A stretch of 64,000 nucleotides of DNA from an uncultured archaeon (GCA_964430885.1 CAYSHM010000003.1:96001-160000); one strand, 5' to 3'. Shown: positions 27,384 to 38,611, counted from the first letter of the stretch. A program made the numbers and translations. The notes: generated from the letters alone by a model not told the origin.

Positions 27384-29906
27384 TCAGGCGTTTGCCGGTT
27401 CGTACGGATTGAAAGCGGGATCCCCATGGAGCACGTAATGCTGGAACATGATATAGGATTCAGCCCGGATAGCTCCGGAAGAGATGTCCTCCGGGAGATA
27501 TTTGTTCTTTGCATTCCGAAGTGCAATACCTGCCGTTTCATCCTTGACAAGTTCTTCAAGGAAATATTCGCTCAGAAGAACTGCACCCTCCGGCTCCAAG
27601 AACCTCATATCGAAATCAAGGTCGGGATCGATCCAGCCCAGAGTTGAGCGTGTGGCGCCAACATAAGCGTTCACGCCGCCGTGCATATAGGTCATTGCCA
27701 AGGCGTTCCGGGGATTGAGACCGTCAATCCGACCTGTGATGCATGATACCAGGAAAAAGGTGGACGGACCGAATGATAGCTCCCTTGTGTTGGTAACATC
27801 GTAAGCACTGCCTCCGGCGGTCTTCTCCCATCTGCAGGACGGCACATACCAGTAGTAGTTGCCGTGAACTCCTCCAATGACATAATTGCTGCCCTCCTGG
27901 AACTGGCTGGTTAGTTTGATGTCGGAGGCCTCCTCAGATGAATGACGCACATCCTCAAATCCTCCCTGAGTATATAGGTTCACACAGTGATCTACCAGGG
28001 TTCCGTACATGGTCTCTACGGGTATCTTCGATCCCAGGAAAGCATAGGCGTTGTTCTTCCAGGATTTGTCCGAGTCCACCGAATAGGTATCCTGATTATC
28101 TATGATATCGTAATAGAAGAAGGTCCTGGCCAAAATGGACGATACGTCCTTGGCATCCCATCCGCATAATCTGCCGATGGGCAGTTCAACATCCTGAATC
28201 GCAGCATCCACCAATCCATCTCCTAGATCCATATTGGTATCTGCAGGGTCGATATCAATATCGGCATAATAGATGTCGCCAGGCTGACCCACACCGTGTG
28301 AAGGGTTCTCTCCGCCCACATGGTAATAATGGGGGATCATGTTTGTATCGGCTATGATCCCTATATTGACGGGATCGTCATAGTAATTGTCAGCCATATC
28401 CACAAGCATATTTCCATTTTTCAGAATGACGTTGGGGTCGAATCCTCTTATCTCGGCCAGCAGTTCCATGAGATCGGCCCGGACAATATAGGCTCTCTCA
28501 TTGGCATGTTCCATAGCCGCTGGAGACATGCTGGGCTCCTCACAGCTGACATCCTGGGTCTCACCCAGATAATGCATTGCATACTCGGTCTTGGCCAGGA
28601 CCACCCCCTTTCTGAACGAGGCAAGATAAGGAGCCAAGGAAGATAACTTGGGCATCAGGGGATAAATGGGGGAATCCAGATCAGTGATCCTCACCGACAT
28701 CTGGAACTGGACGGGGATCTCATTAACATAGGGTACCGGCACTCCTTCATAGGTCATTCTTCCCTCTACGTGGAGAACATATTTGCCTGTTCGATTTAAC
28801 ACTGGCAGATCGAAATCAACTATCTCCATGTTGTTGTCCTTGTATCCGGCAGGGGTTCCAAAATAATTCACCTCGATCATGTTTCCCTCATCGTTCTCCC
28901 AGAGGACAAATACATACATTCTCTCACCATCGATCTCATCCTGTTCATGAGGATAATAGGAAAGGGATATTCTCATCATGGAATTCTCATACTCTCCAGG
29001 CACCTCCAGTTCAAAATCCACACCCTCAGACATCTGCTCCAATCCCGCATAGGCACCGGTGCTGGACACGTGGAATACCTCACCCTGAAATTCTCTTTGA
29101 AATTCATCGGTCACGGCTGGGAATTCCGCGTCCGCAGGGTTGGCAATTGCTACATATTCAGGCTGCATCTGGAGCCCTCGTTCCATGAACTCCATCACCA
29201 GAGAATTTGTGGTTGTCATATTAACAATATCCAGAACTTTGCCGTATCCTTCTATGTCTCCGCAGGTGATTGTATATTTCACATCCAGAGATCTCATTAC
29301 GCCTCTGACCTCCGCATCCATATCGTCGGTTATGATTATTGGTATATTAACATAGCTGGCCAGAGGTGCTGCCCAAAGGGCCTCCTGATATCCCGTTTCA
29401 TCCTTCTTCACTATGACAGCCCCGTCAGAGCTCTGCCAGAACATTTCGGCCAGACCCAATGAGGTTACTTTGGGGCATGAGAACGGCACCTTTGCTGCAA
29501 TATCATAGCCGTGATCATCCGCCGGACCAACAAGAACAACACTGTCAGGAAGATAGGAGTTGTAAAACCGTTCCAGAGGATCCTGCACTGAATCTGGCTG
29601 GGGAACATCCACCAGAAGCGGACAGGATTTCATCCCGCTCCTGTTGTAGTAGCAACCCAAAGGTGTGGCCATCAGTGCAAAATATGCCGAATTGCCGGAT
29701 ACTATCAGACCTTTGGCATCACTATGGCGGACTGAATTAGAAGCCAATAGATCATTTATAGTAGCCGCCGGGACTCCGCTGTCCTTTTTGGTGACATTCC
29801 AGACCATAAAAGCGGATATCAGAAATATGAAAACCAATACCACTGCAATAATTTTTTTCCTTTTACTGCCAGTACTTGGTTGGGTATTTTTCTTATCAGC
29901 TGTCAT
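27384..29906 (-). CDS. Membrane-anchored C25 (gingipain-like) cysteine peptidase
   Basis: N-terminal TM; GDIYYAD, ELPIGRL, catalytic-dyad-like VHGN and VSCITG, YVGATR and YVLHGDP. Confidence 0.8.
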   Translation of the reverse strand: MTADKKNTQPSTGSKRKKIIAVVLVFIFLISAFMVWNVTKKDSGVPAATINDLLASNSVRHSDAKGLIVSGNSAYFALMATPLGCYYNRSGMKSCPLLVDVPQPDSVQDPLERFYNSYLPDSVVLVGPADDHGYDIAAKVPFSCPKVTSLGLAEMFWQSSDGAVIVKKDETGYQEALWAAPLASYVNIPIIITDDMDAEVRGVMRSLDVKYTITCGDIEGYGKVLDIVNMTTTNSLVMEFMERGLQMQPEYVAIANPADAEFPAVTDEFQREFQGEVFHVSSTGAYAGLEQMSEGVDFELEVPGEYENSMMRISLSYYPHEQDEIDGERMYVFVLWENDEGNMIEVNYFGTPAGYKDNNMEIVDFDLPVLNRTGKYVLHVEGRMTYEGVPVPYVNEIPVQFQMSVRITDLDSPIYPLMPKLSSLAPYLASFRKGVVLAKTEYAMHYLGETQDVSCEEPSMSPAAMEHANERAYIVRADLMELLAEIRGFDPNVILKNGNMLVDMADNYYDDPVNIGIIADTNMIPHYYHVGGENPSHGVGQPGDIYYADIDIDPADTNMDLGDGLVDAAIQDVELPIGRLCGWDAKDVSSILARTFFYYDIIDNQDTYSVDSDKSWKNNAYAFLGSKIPVETMYGTLVDHCVNLYTQGGFEDVRHSSEEASDIKLTSQFQEGSNYVIGGVHGNYYWYVPSCRWEKTAGGSAYDVTNTRELSFGPSTFFLVSCITGRIDGLNPRNALAMTYMHGGVNAYVGATRSTLGWIDPDLDFDMRFLEPEGAVLLSEYFLEELVKDETAGIALRNAKNKYLPEDISSGAIRAESYIMFQHYVLHGDPAFNPYEPANA

Positions 29907-30293
29907 TGTAAAACACTCTCACATCAATTTATCCTCCGAAGCCGAGGGTATAATATTCTAGTATTATAAATCCAAATTATTAGTATCTTGCTTCATTTCT
30001 AACTTAAATATTAATAGGGTCGGCAGGTAACATATTTTTTAATCTAAAAGTAATCAGGAACAAGGCATCAATGTTTCCTTAAATAATATAGGGGAGATAA
30101 TGGTCAAAGGAGATATTTAGGAAATACATTAATACATAATTGGATATGGACATGAGATAGCATTCTGAGGACAAGCCATAACATCGATCTAGATGACATT
30201 CTCTTCAATTAATTACTCACTGCTGCCGTCCCCGCTACATAAGAAGATTATGAGTTTCGGCGCCAAATACAGAGAACCTAAGAAGGAAATACC

Positions 30294-31577
30294 ATGAGCC
30301 AGGAAAAAAGTAAAACAAGAAGGGGTTATTTAATTCTGCTCGGTGCTCTGCTCACCATTTCCCTGCTCATCTCCCTGTCCGCTCTGGGCTATTATGCTCA
30401 CCTCATCATCAATGTCGATGATATGAAAGGGACCACCGAATTAAGGGGAAGCTATTTTGACGATAGGGACCGAGAGGTTCCAGGAGTCAAGGTCAGCATA
30501 GAAGGGACTGGCCTTGATACCTATACGGATGAAGATGGAGATTACCGATTGAAAGACGTTCCCTCAGGGGAACAGACCGTGATCTTTGAAAGGGGCGGAT
30601 TCCCAACGCTGAAGGTTAAGAACATAATGTTCCCCGAAAGCAGATTGAAAAACGGTAGAAAATACAATATTCTTCATATTCCTGACAACTTAGAGGGAGG
30701 AACCTTGGTTGAAAAACCCCATTATCACTATGACAGGATCGCAGGTGGAAGCGAGAATACCTCAATGAACGGTACTATACAGGTTTACGGAAAGGACTTC
30801 AATCTCACTTCGGTGAATGTCTTAAACAAGACTGCGGACCTCGCCAACATTACCATTTCCGATAAAAACAGATTCCGTATTGTAGGCGTGGAACCCGGCC
30901 CCATGATGTTCAACGCTACAACCGATGGCGGAAAATATATTGGGCTGGCATTTCTCAAAAGAGGAGGTAACAACATAACCTTTGAGATATCCGGCAGTAA
31001 TCTCAAACCTGTTGGAGGATACGATGAGGTCCAGATCAACCTCTCCTTCACCGATCTTCCAATGGATACAAATCCATCGGTCTACATCACCCCGCGTCTG
31101 GAAAATCCACTTAACCGCACCATGGCTTCCAATATCACAGGGTTTCCCATGGGTGATTCCATTGAGTTCCTACACGGTATAGATGATTTCATGGTTCTAG
31201 AGGGGCACACCTACATGATCGAGGTTCTGGTGCCCGGCCATGAAGCGGTGATCTACAGTGAGTTCATTTACAACGGAACAAACACCATCCAAAGGGAATT
31301 GGGCGATGAACTTGGAATTGAAGTATACTCCTATTCCCTTTCTGCCTATATCGTTGCTGTGATATATCTCCTTGTCCTTTCTGCCGTAATAGCCTACGGC
31401 ATCCCCTTCGCTTTCAGGGGAAAGAGTTTCGGACGATGTTTGGTCTCAATTCTGGCGGTCTTCTTCAGCAGCGCTTCAATCCCTCTGGAGGCTGTGCAGA
31501 ACAATATAGCACATAACTGGATATTGGGAATTGCTGCCTTCTTCCTTCTTTTAGCATACAGAAAAGAGTTCAAGTAA
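30294..31577 (+). CDS. Membrane protein with carboxypeptidase-regulatory-like (transthyretin-fold) domain
   Basis: N-terminal TM; VPGVKVSI..TYTDEDGDYRLKDVPSG; three C-terminal TMs. Confidence 0.75.
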   Translation: MSQEKSKTRRGYLILLGALLTISLLISLSALGYYAHLIINVDDMKGTTELRGSYFDDRDREVPGVKVSIEGTGLDTYTDEDGDYRLKDVPSGEQTVIFERGGFPTLKVKNIMFPESRLKNGRKYNILHIPDNLEGGTLVEKPHYHYDRIAGGSENTSMNGTIQVYGKDFNLTSVNVLNKTADLANITISDKNRFRIVGVEPGPMMFNATTDGGKYIGLAFLKRGGNNITFEISGSNLKPVGGYDEVQINLSFTDLPMDTNPSVYITPRLENPLNRTMASNITGFPMGDSIEFLHGIDDFMVLEGHTYMIEVLVPGHEAVIYSEFIYNGTNTIQRELGDELGIEVYSYSLSAYIVAVIYLLVLSAVIAYGIPFAFRGKSFGRCLVSILAVFFSSASIPLEAVQNNIAHNWILGIAAFFLLLAYRKEFK

Positions 31578-31647
31578 GAAGAAAAAATGGATTCAGCATA
31601 GAAAACTGACCAGTAAAGAAAAATCATATATTTCACGGTGAGATTTT

Positions 31648-32856
31648 TTGACATCCCATAATCCTGAGAATGAAATACCTGAACCTAAGTCTTCACCGTC
31701 TGTTATTAGGATAATTCTAATGAGTATCGTATTGACCATTGTAATGGCCATAATCTGCGGCATCATATTTTCAGCGTTATTCATTACTAGCAAACTGGTT
31801 GATATGCCTGGATTTCTTAGTGATAATCGGTGGTTATTGTCTATAATAATCGGTTTGTCGGTTCTGTTCATTCAGCTGACAAGTCACTTCTACCACAAGA
31901 GGATCATGTTCCTTCCATTTTTCCTATCTTCCATGGCTCTAGGTATTATAATTTACGGGTTCATCGCTACAATGATCACCTCGACAATGTATGCTGTCCT
32001 TTATGCTTTGGGGGGAACCATGCTGAACACTACGGCGGGGAATATCCTCCTCACCCTGCATCTTGTATTGATATTCCTTCCGGTTATAATCGGCGTAATA
32101 AGATCCAGAAAGGTCCACCTGACAAAAGATAAGGTCCCAGTTAAAGGAATAAAGAAAAAGATCAAACTGGGTTTCTTTTCCGACCTGCATCTGGGACTTT
32201 TGGTGGGCAAAAAGAGGCTTTCATGGATAACAGGCATCTATGATAAATGGAGACCTGACCTCCTGATCATCGGAGGCGACCTCTATGACACTAAACCGGC
32301 CAACATAAAAGGGATGGAAAGCAGGCTCAGAAAATTAGCCCGAATAGCTCCCGCCTATACTGTCATGGGAAATCATGAGTTCATCAACGGTGTGGAAGCC
32401 TGCACCGAGCATATTCTGAAAATGGGTATGACACCTCTTCGGAACAAGACTATCAAAGACGAAAGAACAGGATTGAACCTGATAGGCGTAGATGATACAG
32501 GCGGGCAATCCCCCATTCATGACAACTCTTTTGATGCGCGAAGCTTCATTGAAGCTAATTGCGGGGACAAATCAGGCAGCCCAATAATCTTTATTAACCA
32601 TTCTCCGCTCCTCTTCGGAAAAGCTGCCGAGTGCGGTATAGAACTCCAGCTCAGCGGACATACGCACGGCGGGCAGATGTGGCCCTTCGGCTATATCACA
32701 AGAGCGCTGTTCAAGGACGGCGACAGAGGTCTGAACCGAAAGGGCAGCAGTTATCTATTAACATCAATGGGTGCTGGAACATGGGGCCCCCCGATAAGAA
32801 CAGGGTCCCGAAGCGAGATCCATCTCATTGAGCTAGTGCCTATGAAGGAAGGGTGA
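31648..32856 (+). CDS. Membrane-bound metallophosphoesterase (YkuE/YaeI-like)
   Basis: N-terminal TMs; SDLH, GGDLYD, GNHE, HSP and SGHTHGGQ. Confidence 0.92.
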   Translation: MTSHNPENEIPEPKSSPSVIRIILMSIVLTIVMAIICGIIFSALFITSKLVDMPGFLSDNRWLLSIIIGLSVLFIQLTSHFYHKRIMFLPFFLSSMALGIIIYGFIATMITSTMYAVLYALGGTMLNTTAGNILLTLHLVLIFLPVIIGVIRSRKVHLTKDKVPVKGIKKKIKLGFFSDLHLGLLVGKKRLSWITGIYDKWRPDLLIIGGDLYDTKPANIKGMESRLRKLARIAPAYTVMGNHEFINGVEACTEHILKMGMTPLRNKTIKDERTGLNLIGVDDTGGQSPIHDNSFDARSFIEANCGDKSGSPIIFINHSPLLFGKAAECGIELQLSGHTHGGQMWPFGYITRALFKDGDRGLNRKGSSYLLTSMGAGTWGPPIRTGSRSEIHLIELVPMKEG

Positions 32857-33057
32857 GCAGTTTATTTTGCGACTTACAAAGGTTATCATACCAAAAAACA
32901 TAATTGATACGAGGGGAGAAAAGTTTAGGAACAGGTATGGAAATATGTGGGTCATTTACCCGTAGAAATATTATTGAATAAAATACATCGTTCCCCATTC
33001 CGAATTAGATACCTAGATGAAAATGGATTATCTAATTGATAAAATGTGTAATAATTT

Positions 33058-36000
33058 TCATTCACTCTTTTTGGAGTTTTTTTTTGGTAAAGGTGGAATT
33101 TTTTTGGGCCGGGATAAGGGATGTACTTCTGCATAAGGTATGGTTTTATCACTTTCTACAGTTGATTTTGGTGAACTAACTTCATTTGAAGCTTGAACTG
33201 AACTGACCATTGGCAACGCCAGGTTGCTAGGAGAAGGAGGCAGAGGAGGGGGCGGGGGAATCTTTTTTGGTGCAGGGTGTTGCTGCTGTTGCGTAGTGAT
33301 TTCCGGCGAAGGTAAATGAAGTTTGGATAGATCGGGTTTTTGTTCGAAAATGCGTCCCTTCCTATTTTCTTTCGGCGGGTAATAATGTTGCTCTTTGAAA
33401 TTTTGCGGAGTTACATCTAAAATTAGGGGTTCAGCATTTATGCGCTGAATGTCAGCTTCAGTAATTCCCTTAGTGGGTTCTGACAGAATTTCAGTGTACT
33501 CAATTTCATTCTCGTCATATTCAATATAACCATCATTGCGACGCTTTCTAAGTCCGATTAACAGCAATATAATTATTAAAGCCAAAATTATTATTGCCAC
33601 TGGCCAAAGCCACCAGTATGAGCTGTCAGAAGTGACAACATCGTCCTTGTCGATTATTACTAGAGTTATTGTTTCCGTTGTAGTTATATTCGAGTATCCT
33701 ATACTCACCGTCACATCATATTTACCTTTCAGGGTGTTTTCAACATCCACAAATCTAAGAATCAATAAAACTTCTTCTCCAATATTCACATCAATTGAAT
33801 TCTGAACAATTACATATTTTGAAATCTCACCAAGGATACTTATTTCAGCAACTTCATTGAATTCACCAAGATTCAGTAAGGTAATTTTAACCTCGGCCCA
33901 AGAGCCAGCTGTAATTTCTAAATATTTTTTTTCTAATGTTACATTTATTTTATGAATCAATTTCTCTCCGATTTTCACCGTGAACTGAAAGACTGAACTG
34001 TTGAAAACAATATTGGTCGTCCCCAAATATGCTTGTACCATCCAATAATATGTAGAATTATTCACTAATTCATCCACTTCTATGGATGTGTTGATTGTTT
34101 CATGGAAGTGAACTGAAAGGTTTTCCGGGGAAAAACCAATTAAAACATTGAAGGTGATATTTACACCCTGAGTATTGAAAGCTGTCCAGTTCAATGTAGT
34201 TGAGGTCGTATTTATAATTGATGAATTTTCAGGAGAAAGTAAGGAAAGTGTAATGTTAGGTTTTGTTGAGAAATCCAATATCTCAACCGTGATGTTTCTG
34301 TAATTTGAACCTCCATCTTTGTCATTGAGCTCAAATCTTATCATACCCTTACCGCTTTTCTCGGCCGATGACGGGATGATTGTTAGATCGGATTGATCCT
34401 TTATGAACGTTTCGAACAATCCAATCGGTCCAAATTCAATAATATGCCAAAACAATGAGGGCCCATCTTCGGCATCTTTGCCGTATCCTGTTAAATTCAT
34501 AGTGGAATCATGGTCGTTGTATACAAGAATTCCCGTGAAATTCTGATCAAACATAGGCAAGTTATTGAGGATTATCATTGAAGAATTAACATAGTGCCAA
34601 TCCGCCGTAATACCGTCATTATCTTTAATCATAACTCGAAAGGAGGGTGGGCCAGTATCAAAATTCAATGGTACTATCCATTCAGCTGAATAGTTCTGAC
34701 CTTCATTGTTGTAATACACATCCAAGTTCTGCCAGGATCTGGTTCTTGTTCGAACTTGAACAATAGGAAGAGAGAAATCAACTCCAACACCTGGAACCTC
34801 ATCATCAATGAAAATGAATACTGATTCACCTCTAAATGCGGAAACAGGAGCAACATTGAAACTGAATTGGTTTACTGGTTTGGTATTGTTGTCCAAAACA
34901 GCAAGAGTGAACTCTGTGTGGTCCCAACCACCATTGCCGTCATCAACGGAAATATTTACCGAAAAGTTCCCTATATCAGATCGCTTTGGTGAACCGAACA
35001 GGGTCCCATCCTCATTGTCAAAATAAAGCCATGTGGCATTGGAAACAAAATGCCATGTAATTTCGCCCTGGCCGTCATCGGTGGAGTTATAGTCGTTATA
35101 ATATTCTTCATCTTGGTCAATCACTATGATATTTGATGTAATAATTTGGGGAGGAATATTGTTAATAGTAAGAATAAAATTAATAGAAACGCTGCAGTAT
35201 TCATCAGAAATCGTCGCATTAATCCAGAAAGTACCTACGTCTCCGTTATTTGGAATCCCATGAATTGAACCATTATTGGAAAACGTGAGCCAATTGGGTT
35301 TGGTTACTACATCCCATTCACCCGGGTTGTATCCGTATTCAACGATGCATTGTCCATAATAATAATGGTCTTCATAAGGTGTCAAATTTGTTGGCATTGA
35401 TATTTTAAGACACAATGGGCAATCATCTGAAGCCATGGATGCACCATCCAGCTCATAAACAATGTCAACAACACCGAATGGAGATAGATCATCAGGTTCA
35501 ACCCAATTTGACCAATAGTTGCCTTTTGAACCAGTGTCCCAATAATTTCCCGTTCCATCATCCTGTGCTTGGGAGAAATGATGTTTATTCTCAAGTATAA
35601 AGTTCTCATGTATAGAGTTGAAATCAGAATGACCATTTACACTTAAACCATATTCTGAATTGTCGATAATTGTATTTTTGGAGATTGTATTGCTGTTTGA
35701 TCTATCTAAGTGGATACCGCCTCTGATACCGTTTTCATAATAATGACTGATCTCATTTACCGATAGAAAGCGGTTATAGATACAAATTTCATCAATTTGA
35801 CCGTCAAAAAAACGCGGATTTCCAGTATCATATAATTTCCCGATCCGTAAGGGAGTCCCAGGATTTACTAAATCTGGATCCCCAGTTCCTCCAACAGTAG
35901 TAGATGACTCCATTCCATCTATATATATTGAAATATCCTTTTCATATGCATCATACACACAAGAAACAAAATGCCATTCATTATCCGCTACATCATCATT

Positions 36001-37854
36001 GGAATATTCCCACCGATTCATATTATTATTACCCTGGACAAATAATCTCACCTTACCTGACACAATTCTGAAATTGTAATGATCTCTTTCGGTCGGTTTT
36101 GCCAAAATGGTATTATCTCCGTCCGAATTGGATGTTTTTATCCAGGCGGTCATTGAGAAATCATTTCTGCCGAAATGGTGAGAAACGTCGTCGTTGATCT
36201 CAATGGAATCATCAAATCCGTCAAAAAAACCTGAATTATAATACCTTCCGGGGGAAAGAGTGGCCCCTCCTTCTGCGGTTCCATGGTTTCCAAATCCTGA
36301 ATCATCCTTTACCTCGTCAGTATTCCCGCCCCATGAAATCTCATCCATCTTCCAGTGACCCACAAGACCCGCACGGGTTTTCGTATCAGCTGCATAATTT
36401 GAACCAACTGTATTACTAGTTATCTGGTTCCCGTTTGAGGAATCTAACAATAGACCTGAAACTCCATTGTTTATCAATTCATTGTTCATCAATGTATTGC
36501 CTTCGGAATGGGCCAAATCAATTCCGTTTCCCTTGTTTGAATCAATGGTGTTATTCGTTAAGCCATTATCATCCGAATTGGACAGAAAAATTCCGCTATT
36601 AACACCGAAGATGAAATTACGAAGGATTTCATCTCGTGTTAGGGGGCGGTTATAGATTCTAACCTCATCTATGGGGCCACAGTTGTTCTCATTTGTTTCA
36701 CACTCGTATCTGCCGATTTGAATATCACGTCCATAATTGGAGATTGAACCTGTGGTAGGCAGGAAATTTTCCCGTATGCCGTTAACAAATATGCACATTT
36801 TTGACCCATCGAAAGAACCGGTAACATGATACCAAATTCCCAATTGAGGAATTGTCCTGCTTTCTATGAGATGCAGTGTGTTCCCAATGGATAACTCAAA
36901 AGCAAAGTTCGAAGCTGCACCATCAAGGCCAATCGCCCATTCCTGATAAGGTGAAGTTGGAAAAGAAGAGTAGGATTTGGAAATTATTTTATCGTATGCA
37001 CCCTTTGTATTGTATTTCACCCATGCAGAAATCGTTAGACCATCGCCCATATTGAATTCTGGAACGTGAGGTATGGATATATAATCATTGACACCATCAA
37101 AATTTCCCGCGGTCCCTAGTATTCCCGGAACATTGGTCATTCCTCCGTAAATAGTACCGTCGTTCCCCAATCCGCTGAAATCCTTTACTTCACCTCCCCA
37201 CGGGACATCGTCCATCCTCCAGTATCCGACTAGTCCGGAAGTAGCAGGATCCATACCAAAATTTCGAACGACGGTATTATTATCCAATTTGTTAAAATTG
37301 GAATTGTTCAGGTGAATTCCCCGATTATTACCTTCAAGATGACAGTTCTCAATAGTATTATGATTGGAGTTCAACAGAATTCCCGCAGCACCAGGCTCCA
37401 CACCACTGTTTGTTATCTTAAAACCATTGATGGTACAATAATCACCGTTAACGGTTATTACCGACCCCGCTCCGGAACCATTTATCTCTGTGAATCCAGG
37501 CCCCATCCCTTGAATGGTTATAGATTTGCCTGATGGAACGATGATATTCTCTATATATTGACCTTCACTAACCCTTATCGTATCACCCGAAGGACCGGCT
37601 GCCAGAACTGCAGCGGATATCGATGGGTAGACCTCGGGAACTTCAAGGCTGTTCCGGATTCTTGAAGATCCCATCGGAAATAGATTGGTTTCGGATTCAT
37701 CACCTACTGATAAAGACTCGGATTCATCGTAAAATATATTTGTTTCAAGTTTTTCATGTGGATTTGAATGCATTGGAGAAAATATGAATACGGTATTGAT
37801 CATCAAGAGGAAGAGTGTTATTATGGAAAACCGTTTATTCATTCCAAGCACCAT
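33058..37854 (-). CDS. Large single-pass surface protein: NosD/pectin-lyase-like beta-helix, two LamG domains, cadherin/Ig-like repeats, TM, Pro-rich tail
   Basis: YPSISAAV..GDTIRVSEGQY; GIxLxxSxxNxIxxN repeats; GLVGYWRMD..FDGVNDY and GLVGHWKMD..FDGFDDS; GNYWSNW; TM WWLWPVAIIIL; PPPPPLPP. Confidence 0.88.
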   Translation of the reverse strand: MVLGMNKRFSIITLFLLMINTVFIFSPMHSNPHEKLETNIFYDESESLSVGDESETNLFPMGSSRIRNSLEVPEVYPSISAAVLAAGPSGDTIRVSEGQYIENIIVPSGKSITIQGMGPGFTEINGSGAGSVITVNGDYCTINGFKITNSGVEPGAAGILLNSNHNTIENCHLEGNNRGIHLNNSNFNKLDNNTVVRNFGMDPATSGLVGYWRMDDVPWGGEVKDFSGLGNDGTIYGGMTNVPGILGTAGNFDGVNDYISIPHVPEFNMGDGLTISAWVKYNTKGAYDKIISKSYSSFPTSPYQEWAIGLDGAASNFAFELSIGNTLHLIESRTIPQLGIWYHVTGSFDGSKMCIFVNGIRENFLPTTGSISNYGRDIQIGRYECETNENNCGPIDEVRIYNRPLTRDEILRNFIFGVNSGIFLSNSDDNGLTNNTIDSNKGNGIDLAHSEGNTLMNNELINNGVSGLLLDSSNGNQITSNTVGSNYAADTKTRAGLVGHWKMDEISWGGNTDEVKDDSGFGNHGTAEGGATLSPGRYYNSGFFDGFDDSIEINDDVSHHFGRNDFSMTAWIKTSNSDGDNTILAKPTERDHYNFRIVSGKVRLFVQGNNNMNRWEYSNDDVADNEWHFVSCVYDAYEKDISIYIDGMESSTTVGGTGDPDLVNPGTPLRIGKLYDTGNPRFFDGQIDEICIYNRFLSVNEISHYYENGIRGGIHLDRSNSNTISKNTIIDNSEYGLSVNGHSDFNSIHENFILENKHHFSQAQDDGTGNYWDTGSKGNYWSNWVEPDDLSPFGVVDIVYELDGASMASDDCPLCLKISMPTNLTPYEDHYYYGQCIVEYGYNPGEWDVVTKPNWLTFSNNGSIHGIPNNGDVGTFWINATISDEYCSVSINFILTINNIPPQIITSNIIVIDQDEEYYNDYNSTDDGQGEITWHFVSNATWLYFDNEDGTLFGSPKRSDIGNFSVNISVDDGNGGWDHTEFTLAVLDNNTKPVNQFSFNVAPVSAFRGESVFIFIDDEVPGVGVDFSLPIVQVRTRTRSWQNLDVYYNNEGQNYSAEWIVPLNFDTGPPSFRVMIKDNDGITADWHYVNSSMIILNNLPMFDQNFTGILVYNDHDSTMNLTGYGKDAEDGPSLFWHIIEFGPIGLFETFIKDQSDLTIIPSSAEKSGKGMIRFELNDKDGGSNYRNITVEILDFSTKPNITLSLLSPENSSIINTTSTTLNWTAFNTQGVNITFNVLIGFSPENLSVHFHETINTSIEVDELVNNSTYYWMVQAYLGTTNIVFNSSVFQFTVKIGEKLIHKINVTLEKKYLEITAGSWAEVKITLLNLGEFNEVAEISILGEISKYVIVQNSIDVNIGEEVLLILRFVDVENTLKGKYDVTVSIGYSNITTTETITLVIIDKDDVVTSDSSYWWLWPVAIIILALIIILLLIGLRKRRNDGYIEYDENEIEYTEILSEPTKGITEADIQRINAEPLILDVTPQNFKEQHYYPPKENRKGRIFEQKPDLSKLHLPSPEITTQQQQHPAPKKIPPPPPLPPSPSNLALPMVSSVQASNEVSSPKSTVESDKTIPYAEVHPLSRPKKIPPLPKKNSKKSE

Positions 37855-37950
37855 TATTCGGCTTAAATGAAGTTTTTGATTTTAATTTTTACTCCTTCTT
37901 TTTTATAAAACACTTCTGTTAGAGTGTGGGATTTCAGTAATGAATGAGAA

Positions 37951-38445
37951 TCAATCTTCATAGATTTTCTCAAAAAAACCGGTCTTTCTGTTCTTCCTCA
38001 CGTTATCCCATTCGAAATATTGTCCATTCATGACTATATAGATTCCATTATCAAGAGATTGAACGAAAGCAAGCGCGCTTCCGAGATTGAAAAGTCCGTC
38101 TGAACTTCCAAAAGTATAAGGGATCATAGCACCTGTCAATACAATGGTTTTATTATGAATTTTTTCGGCCAACAATTGGGCAGTTTTTTCCATTGTATCC
38201 GTACCATGGGTTACAATGATCTTATCTTCCTTTGCTTTTAAACAGTTAATCAAGATTATTTCCCGATCCTCATCCGTAATACTGAGACTGTCCACCATCA
38301 TCAATGTACGGATCTCATAAGGAACCATAGATCGCCCAAGTTTAAGCATCTCCTGAATATGGGTGTCTTTGAAAAAGAGTTCTCCGTTGATCATATTGTA
38401 TTCCTTGTCGAAAGTTCCGCCAGTAACGAAAATCTTGATTGTCAT
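37951..38445 (-). CDS. Short-chain asparaginase (N-terminal catalytic domain only)
   Basis: VTGGTFDK, HGTDTM, VLTGAM and SDGLFNLG; ~164 aa with no C-terminal domain. Confidence 0.88.
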   Translation of the reverse strand: MTIKIFVTGGTFDKEYNMINGELFFKDTHIQEMLKLGRSMVPYEIRTLMMVDSLSITDEDREIILINCLKAKEDKIIVTHGTDTMEKTAQLLAEKIHNKTIVLTGAMIPYTFGSSDGLFNLGSALAFVQSLDNGIYIVMNGQYFEWDNVRKNRKTGFFEKIYED

Positions 38446-38611
38446 CGATGCGGAGTGAATTCCAATGTTCATTATAAACTTTGTTTTTCAAATTATTGTT
38501 TTAATGTGGAACTCGACCCATCTGGAAAACAATGGATAGTGTTAAGTCATGATGATAAATTTAATGAAGTAACGGTTTTGATAATGGGTCTTGCTTATTG
38601 TAATTAAAAAT

